A stretch of DNA of 64,000 nt, from positions 24,138 through 88,137 of the forward strand of contig CALOCG010000026.1 in the NCBI GenBank assembly GCA_942491805.1, in the 5' to 3' direction. Below are positions 16,703 to 28,058 of the stretch, piece by piece. The notes beneath the pieces were generated by a model that saw only the letters and a list, made by a program, of their open reading frames with translations, was not told the origin of the DNA and did no database searches. Every line of letters starts with the position of its first letter. Position 1 is the first letter of the stretch. This stretch comes from Nitrospinota bacterium (GTDB lineage Bacteria > Nitrospinota_A > UBA7883 > JADGGD01). Both the position numbers and the translations under genes were made by a program.

Positions 16703-19700
16703 ATGGCGAGTAACCGGTGGAAGTTCGCCGTTGATCGGGGGGGAACCTTCACCGATATCGTCGCCGTCGATCCTTCGGGAACGCTCCGCCGTCTGAAGAC
16801 GCTCTCCCGCTCGCCCCGCTACGACGATGCGGCGATCACGGGGATACGCCGTCTTCTCGATCTGGCCGACGACGCGCCGTTGCCCGCCGACCGGATCGCC
16901 GAAATCCGTATGGGGACGACGGTGGCGACCAACGCTCTCCTCGAACGGCAAGGGGAACCGACGGCGCTGGTCATCACCGAAGGGTTCGCCGATCTGCTCG
17001 ACATCGGCACACAAGCCCGCCCTCGTCTTTTCGATCTCGCCATCCGCAAACCGAAGCTCCTCTACACCGCCGTCATCGAAGCGACGGAACGGATCGACGC
17101 CGATGGCGCCATAACGACTCCGCTTGACGAAACGACGATTCGCGCCCGCCTTGCCGATCTTCGGGCCACGGGGATCAACGCTCTCGCCGTCGTTTCTCTT
17201 CACGCATGGATCAACCCGGCGCATGAGTTGGCTATCGGCGCTATCGCCCACGATCTCGGTTTCACCCAAGTCTCTCTCTCCCATCAATGTGTCGAACGGA
17301 TCGGTGCGGTGGGGCGGGGGCGGACGGCGTTGGTCGACGCGTATCTCTCGCCGATCCTCGCCCGTTACGTCGCGCAGGTGCGACGACACACCGGCGACAT
17401 TCCGCTTCATTTCATGCAGTCCTCGGGCGGCCTTGCGGCGGCGACCCGGTTCACCGGGAAAGACGCTATTCTCTCCGGCCCGGCGGGGGGGGTGGTGGCG
17501 ACGGCGCGACGAGCGACAGAGGCGCCTCTCGGGCCGGTCATCGGGTTCGATATGGGAGGGACCTCCACCGACGTCTGCCGCTACGCCGATATGTTCGAGC
17601 GAAGTTTCGAAACGACCACGGCCGGGGTGGCGTTTATGGGGTCGATGTTGACCGTCGAAACCGTGGCGGCGGGAGGGGGGTCGATCCTCGCTTTCGACGG
17701 GCGCCGGATGACCGTCGGTCCGGCGTCCGCCGGGGCCGATCCGGGGCCTGCCTGTTACGGCCGGGGGGGGCCGCTGACGGTGACCGATGCGAACCTGCTC
17801 CTTGGGCGGCTCGATCCGGCCTCCTTTCCCCAGGTTTTCGGGCCGAACGAAAACGAACCGCTCGACGCGGCGGCCACCGAAACGCTCTTCGCCCAACGGA
17901 CCGACACCATCAACGCCGCCACCGGTTCGACGTTAACGCCTGCCGAAGTCGCCCTCGGCTATTTGCGCATAGCCGACGAGATCATGGCTCGCCCGATCCG
18001 CACCCTCTCTATCGCGCGGGGCTACGACGTGCGGAATCACACGCTGGTCGCCTTCGGCGGCGCCGGGGGACTGCACGCCTGCTCCCTGGCTCGCACGTTG
18101 GGGATGAAGCGGGTCTATCTCCATCCGTTGGCCGGGCTCTTCTCGGCGTACGGCATCGGCATGGCAGATCAGACCGCCGACGTCGAAGCGACCTGCTTGC
18201 TGCCGATGACCGACGTCGGTTACGCCGAGGCGCTCTCCATCGGAGAACGGATCGCCGCCCCATTGGCCGAACAACTCGTCGGCGACCGGGTCGGCGGCTC
18301 GGCGACGGTGACCCGCTCCTTCGACCTCCGCCCGGTGGGAGCCGACGGTTTTCTGACCATCGACGACGTCGGCTACGAGGCGACGTTGCGCGCATATAAA
18401 GCGGCTTTCATGGCCCGGTTCGGGTTCGCCCCCGACAGCCCGATAGAGATCGTCAACGTCCGGGTACACGCGATGATCGACGCAGGTCGTTCCTTCGCCA
18501 CCCCGACGGCGCGCGGAACCGGTCACGCCAAACCGGGAGCGACGCTAAGCGTCCGTTTCTCCGAAGGGGAATGGGAGACACCGGTGATCGCGTGGGGGAA
18601 CATCGACACCGAACTGACCGGCCCGGCGTTGGTGGTCGACGATCATACGACGCTCCTCCTCCCCCCCGGTTTCGTCGCCGCCTTGCAACCCGACGGGGCG
18701 TTGCTCCTGATCGACGAGGGAGCGCCCACCACCAACCTCGCCACCGCCGACCCGATTCTGCTGGAGGTCTTCAACCACGCCTTCATGAGCGTGGCCGACC
18801 AGATGGGACAGACGTTGGTCAACACGGCCCATTCGGTCAACATGAAAGAGCGGCTCGATTTCTCCTGCGCCCTCTTCGATCCCGATGGCGAACTGGTGGC
18901 CAACGCCCCCCATGTGCCGGTTCATCTCGGCGCCATGGGGGAGTCGGTGAAAGGGCTCATCGCCGCACAGGATGGGGCGTTCGTCGACGGGCGCGTTTTC
19001 GTGACGAACCATCCGGCCAAAGGGGGATCGCATCTCCCCGACGTCACGGTCATCACGCCGGTCTTTCTCTCGCCCGACCGAACGGCGCCCGATTTCTTCG
19101 TGGCGACCCGTGGGCATCACGCCGACATCGGCGGGAAGAACCCCGGCTCGCTCTCCCCTTTCTCCACGACCTTGGCCGCGGAGGGCGTCGTCCTCGACAA
19201 CCTCCTGATCGTCGACGGGGGGCGGTTTCTGCGCGACGAGGTGGTCGCCGCATTGACCGTCGGTCCATGGCCCGCCCGAAACATCCCGGAACGACTCTCC
19301 GACCTGACGGCGCAGATCGCCGCGAATCGCCGGGGTGTCGGCGAACTTGCCCGTCTCGTCGATGAGCATGGGGAGGAACGGGTGAAAGAGTATATGAGAC
19401 GAATTCGTGAAAACGCCGCCCACGCGGTCCGGCTGGCCCTCACGAGATTGTTGATGGATGGACCTTCGCCAACAGGCGCCCACCTCGTCAACCACCCTTC
19501 TTTCGTCGGTCGGTTCGAAGACGCCATGGACGACGGCTCCCCCATCGTGGCGACGGTCACCGTAACCGCCGGGGGCGATCCGCCGGACACGGCGACGATG
19601 CAGGTCGATTTCACCGGCTCGGCCCCCGCACATCCGATGAGTCTGAACGCCCCTTTCGCCGTGGTCCGGGCGGCGGTCATCTACGTCGTCCGGTCGTTGG

Positions 19701-20362
19701 TCGACGACGACATCCCCTTAAACGACGGTTGCATGGCGCCGGTGACCCTCGTCATCCCCCCCGACTCGATCCTCTCCCCTCCCCCCGGGGCTGCGGTGGT
19801 GGGGGGGAACGTCGAGACCAGCCAACGGATCGTCGATGCGCTTCTGGGGGCTCTCGGTCTGGCGAGCGCGTCGCAAGGGACGATGAATAACGTCACCGTC
19901 AGTTTCGACGACGCTTCTTTTTACGAAACCATCGCCGGAGGGTCGGGCGCTACGCCAGAGGCCGACGGGGCCAGCGGCGTGCAGGTTCATATGACCAACA
20001 CCCGGATCACCGACCCGGAGGTGTTGGAACGACGTTTCCCCGGCGTTCGCCTGACCCGCTTCTCGTTGCGACGCGACACCGGCGGCGATGGGCGCCATCG
20101 AGGAGGCGACGGGGTGGTGCGAGAGTTTCTCTTCGTGCGCCACGGAGAGGCGACCCTCTTTACCGAACGGCGAACGAAGGCGCCTTTCGGCTTGGCCGGA
20201 GGGTCAGCGGGAGCCTTGGGGAGGAACACGATTATCGGCGCCGACGGCGCCGAGACGACGGCGCCGGGGCATGCGACCGTCACCCTGACGCCGGGGCAGC
20301 GTTTACGGATCGAAACGCCGGGAGGGGGGGGTTATGGGACCGCGACCCATTCGCCGGTGTGA
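16703..20362 (+). CDS. 5-oxoprolinase (ATP-hydrolysing) / fused hydantoinase A-B
   Basis: 1219 aa. [17 protein letters not shown]-terminus (hydantoinase A/oxoprolinase) followed by a hydantoinase B domain (..[16 protein letters not shown]). Confidence 0.9.
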   Translation: MASNRWKFAVDRGGTFTDIVAVDPSGTLRRLKTLSRSPRYDDAAITGIRRLLDLADDAPLPADRIAEIRMGTTVATNALLERQGEPTALVITEGFADLLDIGTQARPRLFDLAIRKPKLLYTAVIEATERIDADGAITTPLDETTIRARLADLRATGINALAVVSLHAWINPAHELAIGAIAHDLGFTQVSLSHQCVERIGAVGRGRTALVDAYLSPILARYVAQVRRHTGDIPLHFMQSSGGLAAATRFTGKDAILSGPAGGVVATARRATEAPLGPVIGFDMGGTSTDVCRYADMFERSFETTTAGVAFMGSMLTVETVAAGGGSILAFDGRRMTVGPASAGADPGPACYGRGGPLTVTDANLLLGRLDPASFPQVFGPNENEPLDAAATETLFAQRTDTINAATGSTLTPAEVALGYLRIADEIMARPIRTLSIARGYDVRNHTLVAFGGAGGLHACSLARTLGMKRVYLHPLAGLFSAYGIGMADQTADVEATCLLPMTDVGYAEALSIGERIAAPLAEQLVGDRVGGSATVTRSFDLRPVGADGFLTIDDVGYEATLRAYKAAFMARFGFAPDSPIEIVNVRVHAMIDAGRSFATPTARGTGHAKPGATLSVRFSEGEWETPVIAWGNIDTELTGPALVVDDHTTLLLPPGFVAALQPDGALLLIDEGAPTTNLATADPILLEVFNHAFMSVADQMGQTLVNTAHSVNMKERLDFSCALFDPDGELVANAPHVPVHLGAMGESVKGLIAAQDGAFVDGRVFVTNHPAKGGSHLPDVTVITPVFLSPDRTAPDFFVATRGHHADIGGKNPGSLSPFSTTLAAEGVVLDNLLIVDGGRFLRDEVVAALTVGPWPARNIPERLSDLTAQIAANRRGVGELARLVDEHGEERVKEYMRRIRENAAHAVRLALTRLLMDGPSPTGAHLVNHPSFVGRFEDAMDDGSPIVATVTVTAGGDPPDTATMQVDFTGSAPAHPMSLNAPFAVVRAAVIYVVRSLVDDDIPLNDGCMAPVTLVIPPDSILSPPPGAAVVGGNVETSQRIVDALLGALGLASASQGTMNNVTVSFDDASFYETIAGGSGATPEADGASGVQVHMTNTRITDPEVLERRFPGVRLTRFSLRRDTGGDGRHRGGDGVVREFLFVRHGEATLFTERRTKAPFGLAGGSAGALGRNTIIGADGAETTAPGHATVTLTPGQRLRIETPGGGGYGTATHSPV

Positions 20363-20595
20363 AACTCTTTGCGATAGATACCGGTCAGGTCCAATCCCTC
20401 TTCGGCCACCACTGCGTCGATCCGCCCCCGATCTTCCGGGGCGAAGGTGATCGCCATCTGACAGTTCGAGGTGATGGCCCGCGGTTTCACCGTCGCTTTC
20501 ACTTTAATCCGATGCTCTTTGAAATGTCGCTCGGCCCGTAACGTCTCGTGGGTCGAGAGAAACACCGCAATCATATGCGTATCGGGAACGCTCAT
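20332..20595 (-). CDS. DUF3343 family small protein (putative S/Se carrier-like)
   Basis: 87 aa. The pattern ..AVFLSTHETLRAERHFKEH.IKVKATVKPRAITSNCQMAITF.. fits DUF3343. Its start overlaps the upstream desulfurase-like gene's stop by 4 nt. Confidence 0.65.
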   Translation of the reverse strand: MSVPDTHMIAVFLSTHETLRAERHFKEHRIKVKATVKPRAITSNCQMAITFAPEDRGRIDAVVAEEGLDLTGIYRKEFHTGEWVAVP

Positions 20596-21710
20596 CGGGC
20601 GACCTTTTTCAACGCCCGGCAGAACCGTTCGATGTCACGCTTCCTGGTCAACGGGCCGGGGCTGACGCGAACGGTCCCTGCGGGGAACGTTCCGACGAAC
20701 CGATGCGCGTCGGGGGCGCAGTGCAACCCGCTCCGTACGGCGACGCCACGCCGGTCGAAATCGACCGCCGCTTGCCCCGGATCGACGCCGTCGATAGTAA
20801 AGCTGATCACAGCGGTTCGGCCCGAGGTCGGCAGAGAGAGTTTGACCCGTTCCTCGTTCCCCAACGCTTCGATCAACGTTTGGGCGTGGGCCAGCTCCTG
20901 CTCCCGGATGGCATCGATCCCTTGCCGCTTGATCCAGGCCACACCGGCGGCGAGCCCGGCGAGACCGGGGGTGTTGACGGTCCCGGCTTCGAACCGATCG
21001 GGCCAGTAGCCGGGCATCTCTTTCGATTCCGATTCGGAGCCGGTGCCGCCAAACTGGGTCGGCGTCGGATCGACATCGGAAGCGAACCAGACGAAACCGG
21101 TCCCTTGCGGGCCAAGCAGCCCCTTATGCCCCGACGCGGCGACGGCATGGGCGCCGCTGAAATCGAGCGGGACGGCGCCTGCCGCCTGGGCGGCGTCGAC
21201 GACCAGCGTAATCCCTTTGGCCCGACAGACTGCGGCCAACCCTGCCACATCAGCCACAGCGCCGGTAACGTTACTTGCGGCGGTGGTGACGAGGAGGTCG
21301 AGGTCGTCGGGGATATCGCTCGGGTCGGGCAACCCGTCGGCGCCCCCTACGGTGACGAGGGTGACGTCTTGCGTGGCGCCCAGACGAGCCAAAGGGCGGA
21401 CGACGGCGTTATGTTCCACCTTCGAACGCCCCACCCGCATGCCGGGACGGATCAAACCGAAAAGGGCGAAGTTGATCCCTTCGGTGGCGTTTTTCGTAAA
21501 GACAAGCCGCTCGGCATTCGGCAACCCCAACAGTTCGGCCACCCCCGTCCGGGCTTCGAAAACGGTCCGGGCGGCGTTGATCGCCATCCGCGATCCCCCC
21601 CGACCGGGGTTGCCGGGGTTTCGCTCCATGGTCATCCGCATCGCCTTGGCGACGGCGGCCGGTTTCGGGAACGAGGTGGCGGCGTTGTCGAGAGCGGCGT
21701 AGTTTTTCAT
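20592..21710 (-). CDS. class V aminotransferase-fold PLP enzyme (cysteine desulfurase / selenocysteine lyase-like)
   Basis: 372 aa. LDNAATSFPKP N-terminus, SGHKGLLGPQGTG PLP-lysine motif, C-terminal RVSPG. Confidence 0.8.
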   Translation of the reverse strand: MKNYAALDNAATSFPKPAAVAKAMRMTMERNPGNPGRGGSRMAINAARTVFEARTGVAELLGLPNAERLVFTKNATEGINFALFGLIRPGMRVGRSKVEHNAVVRPLARLGATQDVTLVTVGGADGLPDPSDIPDDLDLLVTTAASNVTGAVADVAGLAAVCRAKGITLVVDAAQAAGAVPLDFSGAHAVAASGHKGLLGPQGTGFVWFASDVDPTPTQFGGTGSESESKEMPGYWPDRFEAGTVNTPGLAGLAAGVAWIKRQGIDAIREQELAHAQTLIEALGNEERVKLSLPTSGRTAVISFTIDGVDPGQAAVDFDRRGVAVRSGLHCAPDAHRFVGTFPAGTVRVSPGPLTRKRDIERFCRALKKVAR

Positions 21711-21783
21711 CGGTCCAGTTTAACCGATGTAAGGGGTGTTGTTGATGGGGAGTGGGAGTCGTGCGCCTGTCGGAGCGGCGCCG

Positions 21784-23280
21784 CTAAAGTTCTTGGCGGT
21801 GGATCATCTCGACCAACTTCGCAAAGACCGCCCGGTCAAAGTCTCCTTCGTTCCGGCTGATCAGCGACAACGCCTCGAAGGGGGTCATCGCCTTTTTGTA
21901 CGACCGTTCCGTCGTCAAGGCGTCGTAGACGTCGATGATCGAAGCGATGCGACCGAAGAGGTGGATTTTCTCCGCCGGAAGCTTATTCGGATAACCGTTG
22001 CCGGTCAATTTCTCGTGGTGCTGCAACAACGGATAGAACGCCGCTTCCGAGATCCCCTGGTTTCCTTTGAGCATCTCGTAGCCGAGCATCACATGCCCTT
22101 TGACGGCGACGAACTCGTCGTCGGTCAGCTTCCCCGGCTTGTTGATCAGCCGGGTATCGACCGCCGCTTTGCCGATATCGTGCAACAACGCCCCAAGCGC
22201 CAGGTCGGCCAACTCCTTTTTGTTTTTCATCCCCAGCTCCATCGCCAAGGCCAAGGTCAGCGTAGAGACGTTCACCGAATGGGTGAAGGTGTAGTAGTCG
22301 TGATTATTCACCTTCATCAGGCCGTAAAAAGTGGTGGGATTTTCCATGACCGAACGGGTCATGTCCTCCACCGATTCGCTGGCCGCCCCCATAAGCTTCG
22401 CCGAGCGGGGATTATGGGCAAGACCGCTGACGATCAGCTTTGAGCTCTCCCGCACGAGGGTCGCTTTGGTCCGGGGGTTTTTGGTCAGTTTCTGCGCCGT
22501 CTTCAGGTACTCTTCGAAATGCCCCATCCGCACCCGCTCGATGAGCAGATTGACGTTCTCGACGGTCCACCGGTCGATATGCTCTTCATGCACCATCTTC
22601 CCCGCCGGGAGAAGCTGAACCACCTCGTCGTCATTCCCTTCGAACAGATCGAAGTCGAGTTTGGCGCCGGGGGCGAGAGAAACCGGGGAAATCGGATAGT
22701 ACGACTCCATGAAGTGGTGGTGTTTCTCCACCGCTTCGGGTTCTTCGTACTTCCCCTCGAAACAGCTCTCCTGATGAGCTTTTCGCTCCTGTTCGACGAT
22801 GTGATGGTAAAGGTCGTAGCGGCGCCGCTGGCTTTCGGGGACGATGAGGGTTTCGACGTTGATCCCGTCGATCACCTCTTTCATCTCTTCGGTATAGCCG
22901 ACCCCGGCGGCGACCAGCTTGCGCATCCGCCCTTGCCGGTCTTTCAAGTAGAGGTCGACCGGAATCTCGTGTCCCTCGGCGAAGTCGCTGATGGAGACGG
23001 TGAACCCTTGCTCTTCCAGAAAGGCGTCTTCCTGTCCACCGCCGCCGATGGACAGCATGGTGTCGAACAGGGTGTCTTCGAACGGGTCGGGCATGTCGAC
23101 ACCGATTCGAGGGATCCCTTTGCCGATGAGGAAGGTGATGTCGGCGGCGGTGAGGGTCTTGCGGACGTTAAAGGGTGCGGGTAAAGGTCGCCTCATGTCG
23201 GGCAGAAAGACCATTCCCGGCTTGGCGGCAGAGATATCGATCAATTGCATGGAAACTTCTTTGGTCGATGCGTCAGACAT
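21784..23280 (-). CDS. HD-GYP domain c-di-GMP phosphodiesterase with ~300-aa N-terminal domain of unknown type
   Basis: HDIGKAAV and HHEKLTGNGYPNKL motifs in the C-terminal third. Confidence 0.85.
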   Translation of the reverse strand: MSDASTKEVSMQLIDISAAKPGMVFLPDMRRPLPAPFNVRKTLTAADITFLIGKGIPRIGVDMPDPFEDTLFDTMLSIGGGGQEDAFLEEQGFTVSISDFAEGHEIPVDLYLKDRQGRMRKLVAAGVGYTEEMKEVIDGINVETLIVPESQRRRYDLYHHIVEQERKAHQESCFEGKYEEPEAVEKHHHFMESYYPISPVSLAPGAKLDFDLFEGNDDEVVQLLPAGKMVHEEHIDRWTVENVNLLIERVRMGHFEEYLKTAQKLTKNPRTKATLVRESSKLIVSGLAHNPRSAKLMGAASESVEDMTRSVMENPTTFYGLMKVNNHDYYTFTHSVNVSTLTLALAMELGMKNKKELADLALGALLHDIGKAAVDTRLINKPGKLTDDEFVAVKGHVMLGYEMLKGNQGISEAAFYPLLQHHEKLTGNGYPNKLPAEKIHLFGRIASIIDVYDALTTERSYKKAMTPFEALSLISRNEGDFDRAVFAKLVEMIHRQEL

Positions 23281-23454
23281 GACCCCAATCCCTTGCCCGT
23301 AAATGAAAAATCGCCCCCTCGATGGTACCCCGAAGTCGGCATTCCAATGCGGGTAATAATCGGGTAGTTCGACACCGCTCCTTTGACCCTCTCCCCGATG
23401 TTATACTGCTCGCTTTCACCCATCGTATTGGTCAGGCATAGCGCTTCTAAAAGT

Positions 23455-23730
23455 ATGGCACGAAAAGAGCGGCACGGACGGAACACCCTTCGTTTTGACG
23501 TTATCCACGGGCGGTGCGCCTATTGCGCGGCGCCGGTTTATTTCTCCCAGACCATCGACTGGGAAGGAAACCGGGTCAACTCGCTCCACTGCTGGAACGG
23601 CCACTACAGCAGCGTCGAAATCGAAAGCCTCTCCCTCGACCCGGCCGAAGGGCTGACCCGCGAGCAGATCGAAGAGATCATGCCCTTCATCGGCCTCATC
23701 GAGCTGACCCCACCCGGCGACGAGCGATAA
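23455..23730 (+). CDS. small Cys/His-rich hypothetical protein upstream of ligA
   Basis: 91 aa from ATG 23455. CAYC...CWNGH looks like a zinc ribbon. The stop is 3 nt before the ligA ATG. No clear RBS. Confidence 0.4.
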   Translation: MARKERHGRNTLRFDVIHGRCAYCAAPVYFSQTIDWEGNRVNSLHCWNGHYSSVEIESLSLDPAEGLTREQIEEIMPFIGLIELTPPGDER

Positions 23731-25815
<2,085 letters not shown>

Positions 25816-25845
25816 ACGCACGTCACTCGCCCCTCGACCACCCTC

Positions 25846-26426
25846 TCATTTCCTAGCGACCGGCACGATCAACTTAATCATCACGTCGTTCCAGGTCTTG
25901 TCCCGGTGCATGGTGGCGCACTGTTTGGTCAGGCTGGTCAACGCCCCTCCCAAAGCGAAGTCGAAAAGATCGACATACCCTTCGGCTTTAAAAACCCCCT
26001 CGACGAGGGCGTAGCTCATGGGGACTTTTTTCGTGACGCCGTTCATGGTGACGCTCAACGACAAGGTTCCCTTCTCGTTGTCGCCGAAGAGCGACTCTAT
26101 CGACGCCTCGATGGCGCCCTCCCCGGCGAAGAGCCCGAAGAAGGCTTTCATCAGGCTTTCGTCTCGCCCCGGATTGCCGGTGTCGACCGACATGCTGTCG
26201 ATGGTCACTTTCGCGCCGGTCATAAGAGCGGCCAGGCTCTCGGCCCGGTTGACGCCGGTCGGCGTGAGCGTCTTGAACGTCCCCCCCCCACCGGGGCTTT
26301 GGCCGGGGTTTTGTACGCGATCCACCGGATCGCGAGACGGGAGGGATCGACGGTGTAGCTGGCGGCTTGGGCCAGCGGCGCCACGAGGATGGCGGCCAAG
26401 GTGATGAGAATCGAAAAACGCCGCAT
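25846..26426 (-). CDS. YceI-like periplasmic protein (frameshift at a C9 homopolymer)
   Basis: Signal peptide MRRFSILITLAAILVAPLAQA and YTVDPS.. (tail of track ORF 26220..26726) join the YceI body (25846..26325) across the run of nine C at 26281-26289. Confidence 0.7.
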
Positions 26427-26545
26427 GGCCTTCCCCTTGTGATGAAGTGTAGGTGACCTATCGTACCAGACCTTCCGGCTCACCGTCGAACGAGTCGGGC
26501 CGGGGGGGGGTAAGCTCGCCCCCCCCCTTTTTTTTCGCCACGGTA

Positions 26546-27832
26546 TTACGCCGGGTTGGGGGCTTCCCCTTTCGCCGGGTAGAAGGTCATATCGGCCCGG
26601 CTCCGCAACGTCTTGAGATGGCTCTCGATACCGGCGTCGGTCAACAACCGGGTGGCGATCTTTTTCGCTTCGGCCGGGTCGCGCGGTTTGGCGGGGGTGA
26701 TTTCCAGCACCTTGAAGATCGACCAACCCCGCTCACCTTGCAACGGCGGGGTGATGTCTCCCGGCTTCGTCACCAAGAGAGCCCGGTCGAGATCGCTGAA
26801 AGGCCCCCGCCCGATGACCATGGCGCCGATCCGGCCCGCTTTTTCTTTTGCGAAGGGGGCGATGGAACGCTCCATGGCCAGATCGTAAAAACTCTCTCCG
26901 GCCAGCGCGCGACGCCGAAGCTCGTTGGCTTCCTTCTCGCTCTCGACCACGATCAGCAACGCCGACAAGGTGCGGGGTTCGTTTTTCAGATAGCCGGTCC
27001 GGTCGATATAGCGGGTCACGTCGGCGTCGGCGGGGGCCAAACGACGAGCGAGCGCGGATCGCATCATCCCGACCGCTTGGGTCCGCTGAATCTCTTTGGA
27101 TTGGGCGACGAATATCCGGTCTTTGTCGAGACCGATCTTCCGCGCTTGCGCGGCGAAGAGCCGTTCTTCGGTGGCGTCGACGATAAATTCGAGGAGGTCT
27201 TTTTTAGACGAACCGAATCGGGAGAAGGGCCCCCGGACGTCGCCATAGTCGAGGGTGAACACGGTGGAGGTCACCAGCCGGTCGGCGTCTTTCAGGTCGG
27301 CCACCTCTTTTTCGGCCAGCGTCGGCGCGAAGCGGACTTTGTAGGCGTCGAACAGGGCGATGCTTTCGTCTTGTATGACCTGCTTCCGTTTCTCGGACAC
27401 TAATACCGCCTTGGCCGCTTCCCACTCCATGCCGGAGGCGTCGGCGTAGGCGTCGACCCGGTCGTCGGGGATGGCGGCCTTTTCGGCGTAGAGTTTTCGC
27501 CGGTAGAGATCGGCGAGGGTCGCCCGCTCCACGGCGTCGACCCCCTCTTTATACTCTTTCGACCGGGTGATCCCCTGATCGACCGCTTCCCGCCAGAGCA
27601 ACTCGGCGTCGATCATGTTCGAGAGGATCTCTTTGGCATAGGGGTTTTTCCCCAACGGATCGTCGATGGCGGTCGGATCGTTGACCGGCAACGAACCGAG
27701 AGTTCGGTTCAACTCTTCTTTGGTGATGATCCGGTCGAAAACTTTTACCAGCGGGGTCTCGGCGCGGGCGACCGGCGTCATAAGGGCGCCGCATACCGTG
27801 GCGAGAAGAAGTGATCGTTTTATTCGTTTCAT
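26546..27832 (-). CDS. SurA/PrsA-like periplasmic peptidyl-prolyl isomerase (PpiC/parvulin type)
   Basis: Start MKRIKRSLLLATVCGALMTPVARA (signal peptide) at ATG 27832. C-terminal parvulin-like region ..GPFSDLDRALLVTKPGDITPPLQGERGWSIFKV. Confidence 0.75.
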   Translation of the reverse strand: MKRIKRSLLLATVCGALMTPVARAETPLVKVFDRIITKEELNRTLGSLPVNDPTAIDDPLGKNPYAKEILSNMIDAELLWREAVDQGITRSKEYKEGVDAVERATLADLYRRKLYAEKAAIPDDRVDAYADASGMEWEAAKAVLVSEKRKQVIQDESIALFDAYKVRFAPTLAEKEVADLKDADRLVTSTVFTLDYGDVRGPFSRFGSSKKDLLEFIVDATEERLFAAQARKIGLDKDRIFVAQSKEIQRTQAVGMMRSALARRLAPADADVTRYIDRTGYLKNEPRTLSALLIVVESEKEANELRRRALAGESFYDLAMERSIAPFAKEKAGRIGAMVIGRGPFSDLDRALLVTKPGDITPPLQGERGWSIFKVLEITPAKPRDPAEAKKIATRLLTDAGIESHLKTLRSRADMTFYPAKGEAPNPA

Positions 27833-27884
27833 TGTTCGCTTGGTCTTTTTGCCCGCGGCAGGGCGATCATACATCCCCCACGCT

Positions 27885-27991
27885 TCGAAAAACGTTTTCG
27901 AGGCAGGCGCACAAGCGGAGTGTACACGATCGCACATGGGCATTGCGAGCCCGCTTCCGACACCGTAGCGCCAACGCAGATAGTTTTTCGA
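27885..27991. repeat. MITE-like intergenic element, copy 1 (107 bp)
   Basis: Terminal inverted repeats tcgaaaaac / gtttttcga. It shares an exact left 16-mer gaaaaacgttttcgag and an exact right 20-mer gccaacgcagatagtttttc with copy 2 at 58970..59103. Confidence 0.7.
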
Positions 27992-27998
27992 CGTGTGG

Positions 27999-28036
27999 GA
28001 AAAAAGCGGCCGGAGAGGAAAGCCCCCTCCGGCCGA
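27999..28036 (-). terminator. rho-independent terminator of the cytochrome gene
   Basis: Minus strand reads cggccggag-(11 nt)-ctccggccg followed by cttttttcc, about 25 nt after the stop at 28059. Confidence 0.6.
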
Positions 28037-28058
28037 ATGAAAACGTTACCCGGTTGGC

